From a virus (Duplodnaviria; Caudoviricetes), in IMG/VR virus record IMGVR_UViG_3300025137_003955, positions 1 to 62,176 of that record: DNA of 62,176 bases; one strand, written 5' to 3'. Below the pieces are notes generated by a model, which did not search any database, was not told the DNA's origin, and saw only the letters and a program-made list of their open reading frames with translations. Position 1 is the first letter of the stretch, and each line of letters starts with the position of its first letter. The position numbers and the translations under genes were made by a program. This document shows, in pieces, positions 8,386 through 18,292 of this stretch.

Positions 8386-11061
8386 ATGAGTTACGTTGAC
8401 GCATTTTATGATCAGGGCAAGGACATTGTTACTGTAGTTGAGCGTGTCGATGGCAAACGTATTATAAAAGAAATAAGTCCCACACATAATTTTTATTATT
8501 CAGATCCTCATGGCAAACACAGAAGCATTTATGGAGACCCTGTAACTGAGCTACGGTGTGCTAACATAAAAGACTTTAAAAAGAACTTGGGTATACATAG
8601 TAGTAATAAAACATTCGAGAGCGATATAAGACCTCTTAATAAAGTAATTGCAGAACATTATAACGGAGCAGAAGTTCCAAAACTAAATGTTGCATTTTTT
8701 GATATTGAGGTAGACTTTGATCCACAACGTGGTTACAGTAGTCCATCTGATCCGTTTACTCCTATAACAGCAATAGGTGTATACATGCAATGGATGGATG
8801 CAATGATATGTTTAGCAGTACCTCCTAAAACTTTAAGTTGGGAACAAGCACAGGAAGTTGTAAAGCCTTTATCTGAAGTTATGTTGTTTAGAACAGAAAA
8901 GGAAATGTTAGATACATTTTTAGATATCATAGAAGATGCTGACGTGCTAAGTGGTTGGAATAGTGAAGGATATGATATTCCTTATACTATTAATAGGATT
9001 ACTAAAACATTAGGTAAAGCAGAAACAAGACGCATGTGTCTAATGAAAAAATTACCTAAGCGAAGAGAATATGAAAAATTTGGTAGTACTGTTTCAACAT
9101 ATGACTTAGTAGGCAGAATACACTTAGACTATTTAGAACTATACAGAAAATACAACTATGAAGAAAGACATAGTTACAGATTAGATTTTATTGGCGAAAT
9201 GGAAGTTGGTGAGAAAAAAGTTCCATATGAAGGAAGTTTAGACAGACTTTACAATCATGATTTCCTAAAGTTTTGTGAATACAATATACAAGATGTTATG
9301 TTGTTAGATAAGTTAGATAAAAAATTACAGTTTGTAGATTTAGCAAACATTATTGCACATGAAAATACAGTATTAATACCAACAACTATGGGTGCTGTTG
9401 CAACAACTGAACAAGCAATTATAAATGAAGCACACAGACGTGATATGGTAGTGCCTGATAAACCTAAAGCATCTGAAAGAGATAGTGCCGCAGGTGCCTT
9501 TGTGGCAACGCCCAAAAAAGGATATCATGACTGGGTAGGCAGTATGGATTTAAACAGCCTGTATCCAAGTGTGTTTAGGGCTCTTAATATGGCGCCTGAG
9601 ACTATTGTAGGACAATTAGATCCTAGTTATACATTGGAAGAAATTACAAATGCACAGAAGTTAGAAAAGAAAAGTTTTGCTGATGCCTGGCATGGTAAGT
9701 TTGGTACTAATGAGTTTGAATTTGTTAAGAGCAAAGATGTTGACCATATGATGAAGTTAGAAATGGAAGATGGCGGAGTACATGAAGTAACTGGTGCTGA
9801 TGTTTATAACTTAGTTTTTAATAGTGGGCAACCCTGGAACATTAGTGCTAACGGCACAATATTTACAACTGATGTACAAGGCATTGTGCCTGGCTTATTG
9901 GAACTTTGGTACACTGACAGACAAAAAATGCAGAAGAAGAAAAAGCAGTCAGAAGGCGCAGAACAAATTTATTGGGATAAGAGACAGTTAGTTAAAAAGA
10001 TTCAGTTAAACAGTTTATATGGTGCAATACTTAATCCACATTGTAGGTTCTATGACAAACGTATAGGACAGAGTACTACATTAACAGGCAGAGCTATCAC
10101 AAAACACATGGCGGCCGAAACAAACAGAATGTTTACAGGCGAGTATGACTATGAAGGCGAAACAATAATTTATGGTGATACTGACTCTGTATACTTTACT
10201 GCGGCACCTGTAATGCAGGACCAAGAACTAGATATGGATAGTGCTATTAAGTTATATGATCATGTATCTGATACAGTTAGTGATACATTCCCTAAGTTTT
10301 TAAAGGATACATTTAATGTGCCTTTAGAACGTGGTGCTGTAATGATTGCCGGCAGAGAAGTCGTAGGCAGGGCAGGATTGTTTTTAACTAAAAAGCGATA
10401 TGGTATATTATGTTTAGACATTGAGGGTTATCAGCCTGAGGGCGGCAAACTTAAAGCAATGGGTTTAGAGATTAAAAGATCTGACACACCTGAGTTTATA
10501 CAAGACTTTTTAGAAGAGTTATTGGTTGATTGCTTAAACAGTTTAGGCGAACAGCATGTCATAGACAAAATTAAAGAGTTTAAAAAGTATTTTAAAGGTT
10601 TACAACCTTGGGGTAAGGGTATGCCTAAACGTGCTAACAATGTTACTATGTATACATCTAAAATGATGGAACAAGCAAGAATGCCACAAACAAATAGTCT
10701 ACATAAATTAGATAAACTTAAAAATGAAGGTAAGAGTAATATGATACCTGGCCATGTTAGAGCTAGTATCAATTGGAATAACCTTAAAAAAGCGAATAGT
10801 GATGCATACAGTTTGACTATCACAGATGGTGCAAAAGTAGTTGTATGTAAACTTAAAAATAATCCAATGGGCTATACTAGTGTAGCATATCCCACAGACG
10901 AACTTAATTTGCCACAATGGTTTAAGGATTTACCATTTGATGAAGAGGCAATGGAAGAAACAGTATTAGATAAAAAGGTTGCTAACGTTATTGGTCCTAT
11001 GGGCTTTGATTTAAGCAGGACTACACAGAGTGAAACGTTATCGACGTTTTTTGAATTCTAA
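8386..11061 (+). CDS. polB: Family B DNA polymerase (T4 gp43-like) with 3'-5' exonuclease
   Basis: ExoI FFDIEVD, ExoII WNSEGYD, ExoIII YNIQD, motif A DLNSLYPS, motif B KIQLNSLYG, motif C YGDTDS. Confidence 0.97.
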   Translation: MSYVDAFYDQGKDIVTVVERVDGKRIIKEISPTHNFYYSDPHGKHRSIYGDPVTELRCANIKDFKKNLGIHSSNKTFESDIRPLNKVIAEHYNGAEVPKLNVAFFDIEVDFDPQRGYSSPSDPFTPITAIGVYMQWMDAMICLAVPPKTLSWEQAQEVVKPLSEVMLFRTEKEMLDTFLDIIEDADVLSGWNSEGYDIPYTINRITKTLGKAETRRMCLMKKLPKRREYEKFGSTVSTYDLVGRIHLDYLELYRKYNYEERHSYRLDFIGEMEVGEKKVPYEGSLDRLYNHDFLKFCEYNIQDVMLLDKLDKKLQFVDLANIIAHENTVLIPTTMGAVATTEQAIINEAHRRDMVVPDKPKASERDSAAGAFVATPKKGYHDWVGSMDLNSLYPSVFRALNMAPETIVGQLDPSYTLEEITNAQKLEKKSFADAWHGKFGTNEFEFVKSKDVDHMMKLEMEDGGVHEVTGADVYNLVFNSGQPWNISANGTIFTTDVQGIVPGLLELWYTDRQKMQKKKKQSEGAEQIYWDKRQLVKKIQLNSLYGAILNPHCRFYDKRIGQSTTLTGRAITKHMAAETNRMFTGEYDYEGETIIYGDTDSVYFTAAPVMQDQELDMDSAIKLYDHVSDTVSDTFPKFLKDTFNVPLERGAVMIAGREVVGRAGLFLTKKRYGILCLDIEGYQPEGGKLKAMGLEIKRSDTPEFIQDFLEELLVDCLNSLGEQHVIDKIKEFKKYFKGLQPWGKGMPKRANNVTMYTSKMMEQARMPQTNSLHKLDKLKNEGKSNMIPGHVRASINWNNLKKANSDAYSLTITDGAKVVVCKLKNNPMGYTSVAYPTDELNLPQWFKDLPFDEEAMEETVLDKKVANVIGPMGFDLSRTTQSETLSTFFEF

Positions 11062-11080
11062 AAAAATGGTTAAAAACTAC

Positions 11081-11108
11081 TTGACTTATCTAAATAACAA
11101 TGTATAAT
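11081..11108 (+). promoter_or_regulatory. Sigma70-type promoter
   Basis: TTGACT-16 nt-TATAAT; the spacer also contains TAAATA. Confidence 0.7.
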
Positions 11109-11133
11109 ATTATTTTAATCTTTGGAGATACGA

Positions 11134-11880
11134 ATGGCAATTAAAGACATAATGAAAGATGTACTTAAACATACACATGGTTTAGGCATCTTTGAGATGG
11201 TAAAGGTTACTGGTGATGTTGAAAAGACTACTATTGAAACAGTAGACGCAGACAAAACTGTAATTTTTAAAGGAGAGACACACAATCCATATCCTGAGTT
11301 TGTTGACTCTACAGTTGGGTTAAGCAGGATGGGTGTATTACACGGGTTGTTACAATATCCTGGATTTGATGGTGAAGGATCAGATACAAAAATTAACACA
11401 CAAGAGCGAAATGGTGAAACTGTTCCTGTAGAGGTAGAGTTTACTAGTGCTGATGGTAATGATGCACATTATAGATTTATGTTAGCAGATGTTATTAACC
11501 AGCAACTTAAAGCAATTAAATTTAAAGGTGCTGAGTTTGATTTAAACATTGTGCCTACAGATAAAAATTTAAAAGATTTAGCCTACTTTAATAGTGTGTT
11601 GGGTGCCTTTGAAGCAAACTTTAGTCCTAAAACTGATGGTACTAGTTTATGGTTCCATATTGGTGATGGCGTAAGTGACAGAACAAAAATTTTAATTAAT
11701 AGTGATATTGATGGTAGCATTACAGGTGACTGGAAATGGCCACTAGACATTGTTTTAAAAATATTAAGACTTAGTGACACAGGAAATTGTGTAATGAGCA
11801 TTAATGATCAAGGTTTACTACAAATTATTGTAGACAGTGGAATGGCAAAATACACATACTTATTACCTGCGAGAAGTTAA
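11134..11880 (+). CDS. Putative DNA sliding clamp (gp45/PCNA-like)
   Basis: About 248 aa directly after PolB; alpha/beta two-domain pattern; C-terminal KYTYLLPA resembles clamp termini. Confidence 0.5.
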   Translation: MAIKDIMKDVLKHTHGLGIFEMVKVTGDVEKTTIETVDADKTVIFKGETHNPYPEFVDSTVGLSRMGVLHGLLQYPGFDGEGSDTKINTQERNGETVPVEVEFTSADGNDAHYRFMLADVINQQLKAIKFKGAEFDLNIVPTDKNLKDLAYFNSVLGAFEANFSPKTDGTSLWFHIGDGVSDRTKILINSDIDGSITGDWKWPLDIVLKILRLSDTGNCVMSINDQGLLQIIVDSGMAKYTYLLPARS

Positions 11881-11883
11881 ACT

Positions 11884-13419
11884 ATGTACGATTTAGGAAA
11901 AACACAAAGAGACTACGCCTTATTCCTGCCTGCTATTAGTAGTTTTTATGTAAAGCAATTAGAAAAAATTGCTAAAGATGGTGGCAGGGTACCTGAGGGC
12001 TTTGAATTAGGCCATGAGGGTATGGATTTCCTAAAAGACAAAGACACTTATTATCATTATCCTTGGGGTTTATATTCGGCCGGTCATGCTCAGTTAGACT
12101 TAACTAAGTTAGATGGTGAGCCTATGATTACTGACAGAGATAGAAATAAAACAATGATACTAGGAGACTCAGGTGGTTTCCAGATTGCTACAGGTGTTAT
12201 TAAAATGGATTGGGCTAATGCTATTAATCCAGATGACCCTGCAAGGATAGAGCTAGTAGACAAAATACTTAAATGGGAAGAAGAACAATGTGATTGGGCA
12301 ATGACACTTGATGTACCTCCTTTTGCCGCCTTCCCTCCTTTTAATAAGAAAACAGGACTAGAAACATTTGAGCAAACTATGACAATTAGTTTGTATAACT
12401 TAGACTACTATATGAAGAACAGAACACCAGGTAAGTGTAAGTTCTTAAATGTAATGAGTGGTGTTGACCAGCCTACTTGTGACGAGTGGTATGAAAATGT
12501 TAAAAACTTTAGTGATCCTAAATTTTGTCAGGAAGCATACGGTAATAGTGAACTTGCATTAGAAGGATATGCATTTGCTGATTTGCAAAAACGTAATATG
12601 AGAATGGCACTAAGACGTATCTTAAAACTTAGGGAAGATGGCTTACTTAAAGATAAAGGTTGGATTCATTTCCTAGGTACAGGTAAATTAGATTGGGCAT
12701 GTTACTTAACTAGCATACAAAGAATGTTAAGAAAACATGACAGTCCAGAAATAAATTTAAGCATGGACGCCGCTAGTCCGTTTGTTAATAGTGCATATGG
12801 TAGTACATATACACATAACAGTTTCCATCCTAAAAAGTTTAGTTACTTAATGGACAGAGCTATAGACAATCAGGAACTTAAAGGTTCTGATATGCCTATG
12901 CCCTTTGCACACTCTCCTATAATGAGTAGGCTAACTGCTGGAGATATTTGTGCAATGGCTGAAGGAGACTTAGACAAGAACGGTAAAGCAAAAGGCCCAG
13001 ATAGTACAAGTTGGGACACACAAAGTTACTTATATTATATGGGTCATAGTGTGTACAACCATATTACTGCTGTTCAAGAAGCAAACAGATTAGCAGATGT
13101 AGAAAGGTATCGTACTAATGTACATTACAGTGATTTTATAAAAGACAAGTCAAGTGGCAAGAGCAATGAGTTTAGTCCTTATGTACCTGCAAAAGCATTA
13201 TACTTTGATAGTTTCTGTCAGGAAGTATTAGATCCTAAATTATCTATTGACGAAGCATATGACTTAATTGAGAAAAATATTAAATTATTAGACGAGTTAA
13301 GTTTTGGTGCTAAAACTAATGCAGGATTTGGTGCATTTTTTGAAGAGGAAGAGTTTGATATGGACGATGATATTGGTGCAAAGACACATGATATTATGTC
13401 TGGAGACTTTGAGGCATAG
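11884..13419 (+). CDS. dpdA: TGT-family transglycosylase, DpdA-like (7-deazaguanine insertion into DNA)
   Basis: GDSGGFQ, MTLDVPP, WIHFLGTG and SMDAAS TGT-fold motifs. No CxCxxC Zn site of bacterial tRNA TGT. Clustered with folE, queE and queD-like genes. Confidence 0.8.
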   Translation: MYDLGKTQRDYALFLPAISSFYVKQLEKIAKDGGRVPEGFELGHEGMDFLKDKDTYYHYPWGLYSAGHAQLDLTKLDGEPMITDRDRNKTMILGDSGGFQIATGVIKMDWANAINPDDPARIELVDKILKWEEEQCDWAMTLDVPPFAAFPPFNKKTGLETFEQTMTISLYNLDYYMKNRTPGKCKFLNVMSGVDQPTCDEWYENVKNFSDPKFCQEAYGNSELALEGYAFADLQKRNMRMALRRILKLREDGLLKDKGWIHFLGTGKLDWACYLTSIQRMLRKHDSPEINLSMDAASPFVNSAYGSTYTHNSFHPKKFSYLMDRAIDNQELKGSDMPMPFAHSPIMSRLTAGDICAMAEGDLDKNGKAKGPDSTSWDTQSYLYYMGHSVYNHITAVQEANRLADVERYRTNVHYSDFIKDKSSGKSNEFSPYVPAKALYFDSFCQEVLDPKLSIDEAYDLIEKNIKLLDELSFGAKTNAGFGAFFEEEEFDMDDDIGAKTHDIMSGDFEA

Positions 13420-13422
13420 TAA

Positions 13423-13929
13423 GTGAAAGATAAACCTAATTTTAATGATGTAAGATTTTTTGTAGGCAAAGAAGTTGAGCATACCGTTGCACAAGGTGAG
13501 AATACTTTGTTTGTAGCAGGTTGGCAACCAGTAGAAGAAATTTTAAGTAGAGCATTAAATGAGCAATGTACTCACATACATCTATGTTACTTTGACGCAG
13601 AACGTTTTGATCAATGGAAACTTTGGGAAGAACTGTTACTACATTTATGTGATAACGGTGTTAAGGTAACTTTAGAGTTTGAAGTTAAGTACGCAGAAGA
13701 TATATTTAAAATGGGTTTACACGATTACAGTAATTTTATACCTATAATAACTGCTGTTTTGCCTAATTCTTCTAAATACAATTTCAATACAGCATTTAAA
13801 ATTGCAGATAAAGGATTTGATAAGACTAATGAAGGTACTTGGTCCATGCAATTACAAGATGTATTAGATAAGGAACATTTTATTCCTTGGTCTAAATACT
13901 CCGATGGAGGCGATAAACCAGTAGAATGA
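13423..13929 (+). CDS. Hypothetical protein coupled to the dpdA-like gene
   Basis: 168 aa, starts 4 nt after the dpdA stop; FFVGKEVEHT...TLFVAG. Confidence 0.6.
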   Translation: MKDKPNFNDVRFFVGKEVEHTVAQGENTLFVAGWQPVEEILSRALNEQCTHIHLCYFDAERFDQWKLWEELLLHLCDNGVKVTLEFEVKYAEDIFKMGLHDYSNFIPIITAVLPNSSKYNFNTAFKIADKGFDKTNEGTWSMQLQDVLDKEHFIPWSKYSDGGDKPVE

Positions 13930-14102
13930 GAATAGATATTAGAGCAACAGACGATGATGGAATTCAAACATCAGCCTCATATGAAGGAGATTTTCAATAT
14001 GAGGAAGATATACAGGGACTAGTAGTTCTATTGTTTAAATTTCTCGTAAAAAATGGTGCGGAAATACCAGAAGAACTGGTTGAAGAACTTGATAAACTGT
14101 AA
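13926..14102 (+). CDS. Small acidic hypothetical protein (58 aa)
   Basis: ATGA overlap with the previous gene; MRIDIRATDD...ELDKL. Confidence 0.5.
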   Translation: MRIDIRATDDDGIQTSASYEGDFQYEEDIQGLVVLLFKFLVKNGAEIPEELVEELDKL

Positions 14103-14130
14103 ATAAAGTATGAAGAAGGCAGATTTTGTA

Positions 14131-14158
14131 TTGACAAACAAACATGAGGTGTTACAAT
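14131..14158 (+). promoter_or_regulatory. Sigma70-type promoter
   Basis: TTGACA-16 nt-TACAAT. Confidence 0.6.
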
Positions 14159-14223
14159 AATATTATGAATGAACAAGATTTAAATGATTGGATTAAAGGA
14201 CAATTAGGATTTGGTAGTTAATT

Positions 14224-14598
14224 ATGAGAAGTATTTGGGTAACATTTAGTAAAGAAGGCATACATTTTTATCCTGGAGCAGATACAAATCCTGCTACAGC
14301 AACGGGTGATGAGTATGACGTAAGTTTTTTAGGGTATAAACACAGACACATATTCCACTTTAAAGTGTGGATAGAAGTGTTTCATGATGACAGAGATATT
14401 GAGTTTATACAGTTTAAAAGATGGCTTGAGAGTTTATACAACGAAGATGTTGTACAACTTAATAACAAGTCATGCGAGATGATCGCAGACAATTTGGCGG
14501 CAGAGATACAATCAAGATATCCAGGTCGTTATGTAAAAATTTCGGTAGCCGAGGACAACGAGAACGGTTGCGAAATGGACTATCCAGTAAACAATTAA
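14224..14598 (+). CDS. queD: QueD/PTPS-like T-fold protein (6-carboxytetrahydropterin synthase-like)
   Basis: N-terminal His (EGIH), HRH Zn motif, SCEMIA (cf. TAENIA) and VAED C-terminal Glu; pathway context. Confidence 0.65.
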   Translation: MRSIWVTFSKEGIHFYPGADTNPATATGDEYDVSFLGYKHRHIFHFKVWIEVFHDDRDIEFIQFKRWLESLYNEDVVQLNNKSCEMIADNLAAEIQSRYPGRYVKISVAEDNENGCEMDYPVNN

Positions 14599-14608
14599 GG
14601 AGATATAC

Positions 14609-14785
14609 ATGGAAACACATTTACAGTTAAAGGTAGCATTTGAAACATATTTGGCAGAGCATGAAAAGTTCGAAGTCAACGGTGTTAAGGCTAGTTCAAC
14701 AAGAGCCAGAAAGGCACTTATGGAATTAACCAAACTTGCTAAAGCAAGAAGAACAGAGATTCAAGATAAAAGAAACTCAATGTAA
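14609..14785 (+). CDS. Histone H1-like Hc1-family small DNA-binding protein (58 aa)
   Basis: GVKASSTRARKALMELTKLAKARRTEIQ matches the Hc1-type motif; strong SD AAGGAG. Confidence 0.7.
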   Translation: METHLQLKVAFETYLAEHEKFEVNGVKASSTRARKALMELTKLAKARRTEIQDKRNSM

Positions 14786-14931
14786 TGACAGAACAAAACA
14801 ATAAAAGTAATACTGCTACCCAGCCTAATAAAATTAGTAAGGAAGAAGCAGACAGAAAGCAGGACTTTGCACAAGGTCTAGATGATGTAATTACTGATGT
14901 TGTTGATTATGGAGACTTAGGAGATGAGTAA
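14785..14931 (+). CDS. Small hypothetical protein (48 aa)
   Basis: TAATG-coupled ORF MTEQNNK...GDLGDE overlapping the next start. Confidence 0.4.
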   Translation: MTEQNNKSNTATQPNKISKEEADRKQDFAQGLDDVITDVVDYGDLGDE

Positions 14932-15928
14932 ATTAATTTATGTGCCACTAGAGCATATTGAAGGTAGATACACTATTCATATGGATGCCGCTATTGAGGA
15001 ATACCTTACTCGCGAAAACATTGAGTATATTAAGATTATGCCTACATATGATACTCCTCCGTTGCCTGCAGGACAGTTTTTAAACTCTGCTTTTACAAGT
15101 AAGTTTAAGGCTTTACAAATGGCAGAAATATCAGACTTAATAGAACGAGGTGTCATTGAAGATGGAGACACCTTATTCTTTAGTGATATATGGTTCCCAG
15201 GAATTGAAAGTATTGCCTACATGAAATATTTTAACAAGATGGATAATCTTAAAATTACAGGCATGATACATGCAGGTAGTTTTACTGATACAGATTTTGT
15301 TAGAGATATGGAACGTTGGGCAAATAAATTTGAAGATATTATATTTGATATTAGTGATACAATTTATTGTGCAAGTAACTTTATTAAAAATGATATTGTA
15401 AAGAAAAGAGTTGTAGATCCTAACAAGTTAGTTGTGTCAGGTTTGCCTGTAGACTATACAGGTTTAGATCCACATAAAGGACAAATTAAGAAAAACATTG
15501 TAATCTTTAATGGCAGGATTTGTGATGAAAAGCAACCTTGGTTATTTAAAGAACTAGGCAAGCAAGTTAATGCAAAAGTTTCTGAACATGTTGAGTTTAT
15601 TAGAACGCAAGATATGAATTTAAGTAAGGAAGAATATTACAGCCTACTTGGTAAAAGTAAAGCAGTAGTAAGTTACGCCCTACAAGAAAACTTTGGCTTT
15701 GGTGTTGCAGAAGCCGTATACTTAGGTTGTACTCCGGTACTGCCTAACAGATTAGTTTATCCAGAACTATATCCAAACACAAAACTATTTGATAGATTTG
15801 ATGAAAGTGTTGATATGGTTGTTGATGCTATAAACAATTATCAAGAGCAACAAATAGTACTAGATACAGACAAGGTTATGGAAACCTGGTTTAGTGGTAC
15901 AGTAAAAACAGGCGAAAGAAATGAGTAG
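14924..15928 (+). CDS. GT-B (GT4-like) glycosyltransferase
   Basis: FNGRICDEKQP and QENFGFGVAEAVYLG (E-x7-E) motifs. Confidence 0.85.
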   Translation: MSKLIYVPLEHIEGRYTIHMDAAIEEYLTRENIEYIKIMPTYDTPPLPAGQFLNSAFTSKFKALQMAEISDLIERGVIEDGDTLFFSDIWFPGIESIAYMKYFNKMDNLKITGMIHAGSFTDTDFVRDMERWANKFEDIIFDISDTIYCASNFIKNDIVKKRVVDPNKLVVSGLPVDYTGLDPHKGQIKKNIVIFNGRICDEKQPWLFKELGKQVNAKVSEHVEFIRTQDMNLSKEEYYSLLGKSKAVVSYALQENFGFGVAEAVYLGCTPVLPNRLVYPELYPNTKLFDRFDESVDMVVDAINNYQEQQIVLDTDKVMETWFSGTVKTGERNE

Positions 15929-16886
15929 TAATGAAGATAAAACAATACTTGTAACGGGTGGAAGTGGATTTATAGGTAGTGTTACTTGTAAACTACTTGT
16001 TGATTCCGGTTACAACGTTATTAATGTAGACAGGGTTAAACGAGTAATTGAAGGTGTAACCCAATATCCATTTGATATCAACAACTCTCAAATCAAAGGC
16101 GTCATTGAAATGACTAAGCCTGATGCAATTATACATTTAGCCGCACTTCATAGTGTTCCTAAAAGTATTGCAGAAGCAAAACAATACTATGTAAACAATG
16201 TAGAGAATTCAATTAAATTGTTAGATCATGCGATTGATGGTGGTGTTAAGCACATAGTATTCAGTAGTTCAAGTTCTGTTTATGGCGACTCAGAAAACTT
16301 ATTGAACTCAGAAATAGATTCTATTAGTCCTAAAACACCTTATGGTAGAACTAAGGCTATGGTAGAAACTATTTTAGAAGACCTATCAGCAGTACATGAC
16401 TTTACTTTTAATAGTTTAAGATATTTTTGTGCCGCAGGTAGTTACGAAGGTTTTGGATATCAATTAGATCCAAAAGAACACATAATGCCTATCTTAGTAG
16501 ATAAGGCACTTAATGGAGGTCAGTTTATTGTAAACGGAGACGATTACGACACAATAGACGGAACCTGTATTAGGGATTATACTCATGTACTAGATATAGC
16601 AACGGCTCATTTAGCGTCACTTAACTATCTGTTTGATGGTGGTGAGAGTGGTATTTTTAATATCGGAGCAGGCTCACCTAAAAGTATAAAACAAGTCATA
16701 GCAGAAGTAGAAGCACAAACTGGCAATACAGTTGATGTGGAATACGGTCCTAAAAGAGAAGGCGATGCGGCAAAAACAGATGCAAATATTTCCAAAGCAA
16801 TGGATTTATTTGGATGGGAACCTATTAACTCTTTAGAGGACATTGTAAGGACAGAAATTGAGTATCAAACATCCAAGAAAAAATAA
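15921..16886 (+). CDS. galE: UDP-glucose 4-epimerase (extended SDR)
   Basis: TGGSGFIG, HLAA, FSSSSSVYG, YGRTK, DGTCIRDYTHVLDIA. Confidence 0.9.
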   Translation: MSSNEDKTILVTGGSGFIGSVTCKLLVDSGYNVINVDRVKRVIEGVTQYPFDINNSQIKGVIEMTKPDAIIHLAALHSVPKSIAEAKQYYVNNVENSIKLLDHAIDGGVKHIVFSSSSSVYGDSENLLNSEIDSISPKTPYGRTKAMVETILEDLSAVHDFTFNSLRYFCAAGSYEGFGYQLDPKEHIMPILVDKALNGGQFIVNGDDYDTIDGTCIRDYTHVLDIATAHLASLNYLFDGGESGIFNIGAGSPKSIKQVIAEVEAQTGNTVDVEYGPKREGDAAKTDANISKAMDLFGWEPINSLEDIVRTEIEYQTSKKK

Positions 16887-16887
16887 C

Positions 16888-16915
16888 TTGACTTAATACT
16901 CTTTTCTGCTATAAT
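16888..16915 (+). promoter_or_regulatory. Sigma70-type promoter (leaderless mRNA likely)
   Basis: TTGACT-16 nt-TATAAT with ATG only 6 nt downstream. Confidence 0.7.
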
Positions 16916-16921
16916 ACTATT

Positions 16922-17413
16922 ATGGCAAAACTATACTATTCTAACAAAGATCTTGAGAAAGATCTAAGCGAAATAACAAGACAAATCCATGTAAGTGGTT
17001 TTAAACCCGACGTAGTAATTGGTCCTGGCAGAGGCGCCTATATAATGGGTGTAATGCTAAGTCATTATTTTGAAGTTCCCTTTCATGGCTTTGAATGGCA
17101 AACTAGAGATCATGAAATGATCAAGGAATCCACTAGGTTGGAAACAATTTTGTCTAAATACAGTAGTGAAGATATTTTACTTGTTGATGATATAAATGAT
17201 TCAGGACATACTTTAAATGGTATTAAAGGCGTAGTTGATGAATGGGACGAAAAAGAAAATAATAACTTATTGGCATTGCATGAAGGCATAAAGTATGCTA
17301 CACTATTTGATAAAGAGAGTAGTGACTTCTCTCATGTTAGTTTTACAGGTAATGTAGTAACACCAGAAGAAGAAAAATGGATTGTATTTCCTTATGAGGA
17401 GTGGTGGAAATGA
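16922..17413 (+). CDS. Type I phosphoribosyltransferase (Gpt-like)
   Basis: RG loop, LLVDDINDSGHT PRPP-binding motif, WIVFPYE C-terminus. Confidence 0.85.
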   Translation: MAKLYYSNKDLEKDLSEITRQIHVSGFKPDVVIGPGRGAYIMGVMLSHYFEVPFHGFEWQTRDHEMIKESTRLETILSKYSSEDILLVDDINDSGHTLNGIKGVVDEWDEKENNNLLALHEGIKYATLFDKESSDFSHVSFTGNVVTPEEEKWIVFPYEEWWK

Positions 17414-17610
17414 GTACTGTTCAAAGTCTAAGTAATCACTTGAAACACTTAGAAGAACTGCACCGCGAACTAGATGAGAAAATTACAAGACATTGGGAAC
17501 ATCATGATAGTGATGATAAGATTAGGCAGGAGAAGTTAGAAAAACTTACTCTTAAACGAGAAATAGAATTGTTAAAGATAAGAATCAAGGAAATGGAAGA
17601 TGAAGGTTAG
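17410..17610 (+). CDS. YdcH/DUF465-like coiled-coil protein
   Basis: LEELHRELDEKI...EKLTLKREI pattern. Confidence 0.65.
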   Translation: MSTVQSLSNHLKHLEELHRELDEKITRHWEHHDSDDKIRQEKLEKLTLKREIELLKIRIKEMEDEG

Positions 17611-18289
17611 TGATAAAATTACACAAAGAATTAAAGAAGCAGGTCATAAGTATTGGGCTAGTGATAATGTTTCAGAATTTATGGATGAAGGTGATGATCA
17701 GGCACTTATTGAAGAACTTATCCCACACTTTGAAGGTGTATTAGATACATTAATTATTGATAGGTTTAATGATCCTAACAGTCAAGGTACTGCTAGACGT
17801 CTTGCTAAGATGTATATCAATGAGCTTATGTGGGGCAGATATAATAACATGCCTAATGCTACAGCATTTCCTAATGATATAGAAGAAGGTTATAAAGGCA
17901 TGTTGGTTGTAAGAAGTGAAATACTAAGTATGTGTTCACACCATCATCAGCCAGTTAAAGGTATTGCCTACATAGGTATTATTGCAGGAGAAACTCTTAT
18001 CGGGCTTTCTAAGTACACTAGAATAGCACAATGGTGTGCTAGACGTGGTACATTACAAGAAGAACTTGCTAATGATATTGCTAGAGAAATTAAAAAAGCA
18101 ACTGGTAGTGTAAACTTAGGTGTATACATACAAGCAACACATGGTTGCGTAGAGAACAGAGGTGTTTTAGCACACAGCAGTTTAACACAAACAACTGTTT
18201 TAGAAGGTAGATTTATGGAAGATCAAAGTACTAAGAAGGAGTTTTTTGATAATATTAAACTACAGCAACAACATTCTTGTGGTACATAA
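17600..18289 (+). CDS. folE: GTP cyclohydrolase I
   Basis: SMCSHHHQP, GLSKYTR, LQEEL, ATHGCVENRGV. Confidence 0.95.
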   Translation: MKVSDKITQRIKEAGHKYWASDNVSEFMDEGDDQALIEELIPHFEGVLDTLIIDRFNDPNSQGTARRLAKMYINELMWGRYNNMPNATAFPNDIEEGYKGMLVVRSEILSMCSHHHQPVKGIAYIGIIAGETLIGLSKYTRIAQWCARRGTLQEELANDIAREIKKATGSVNLGVYIQATHGCVENRGVLAHSSLTQTTVLEGRFMEDQSTKKEFFDNIKLQQQHSCGT

Positions 18290-18292
18290 ATA

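Noticed and set aside
8386-11061. Intein or intron in DNA polymerase
   Set aside because: Continuous 891-aa ORF of normal size; no splice-junction or LAGLIDADG motifs seen.
11884-13419. Canonical tRNA-guanine transglycosylase (tgt) for queuosine
   Set aside because: Lacks the C-terminal Zn motif, is much longer and divergent, and sits beside the DNA polymerase. A DNA-acting DpdA is more likely, though not proven.
14512-14733. 73-aa - strand ORF
   Set aside because: Antisense to the queD-like and Hc1-like genes, the latter having a strong SD.
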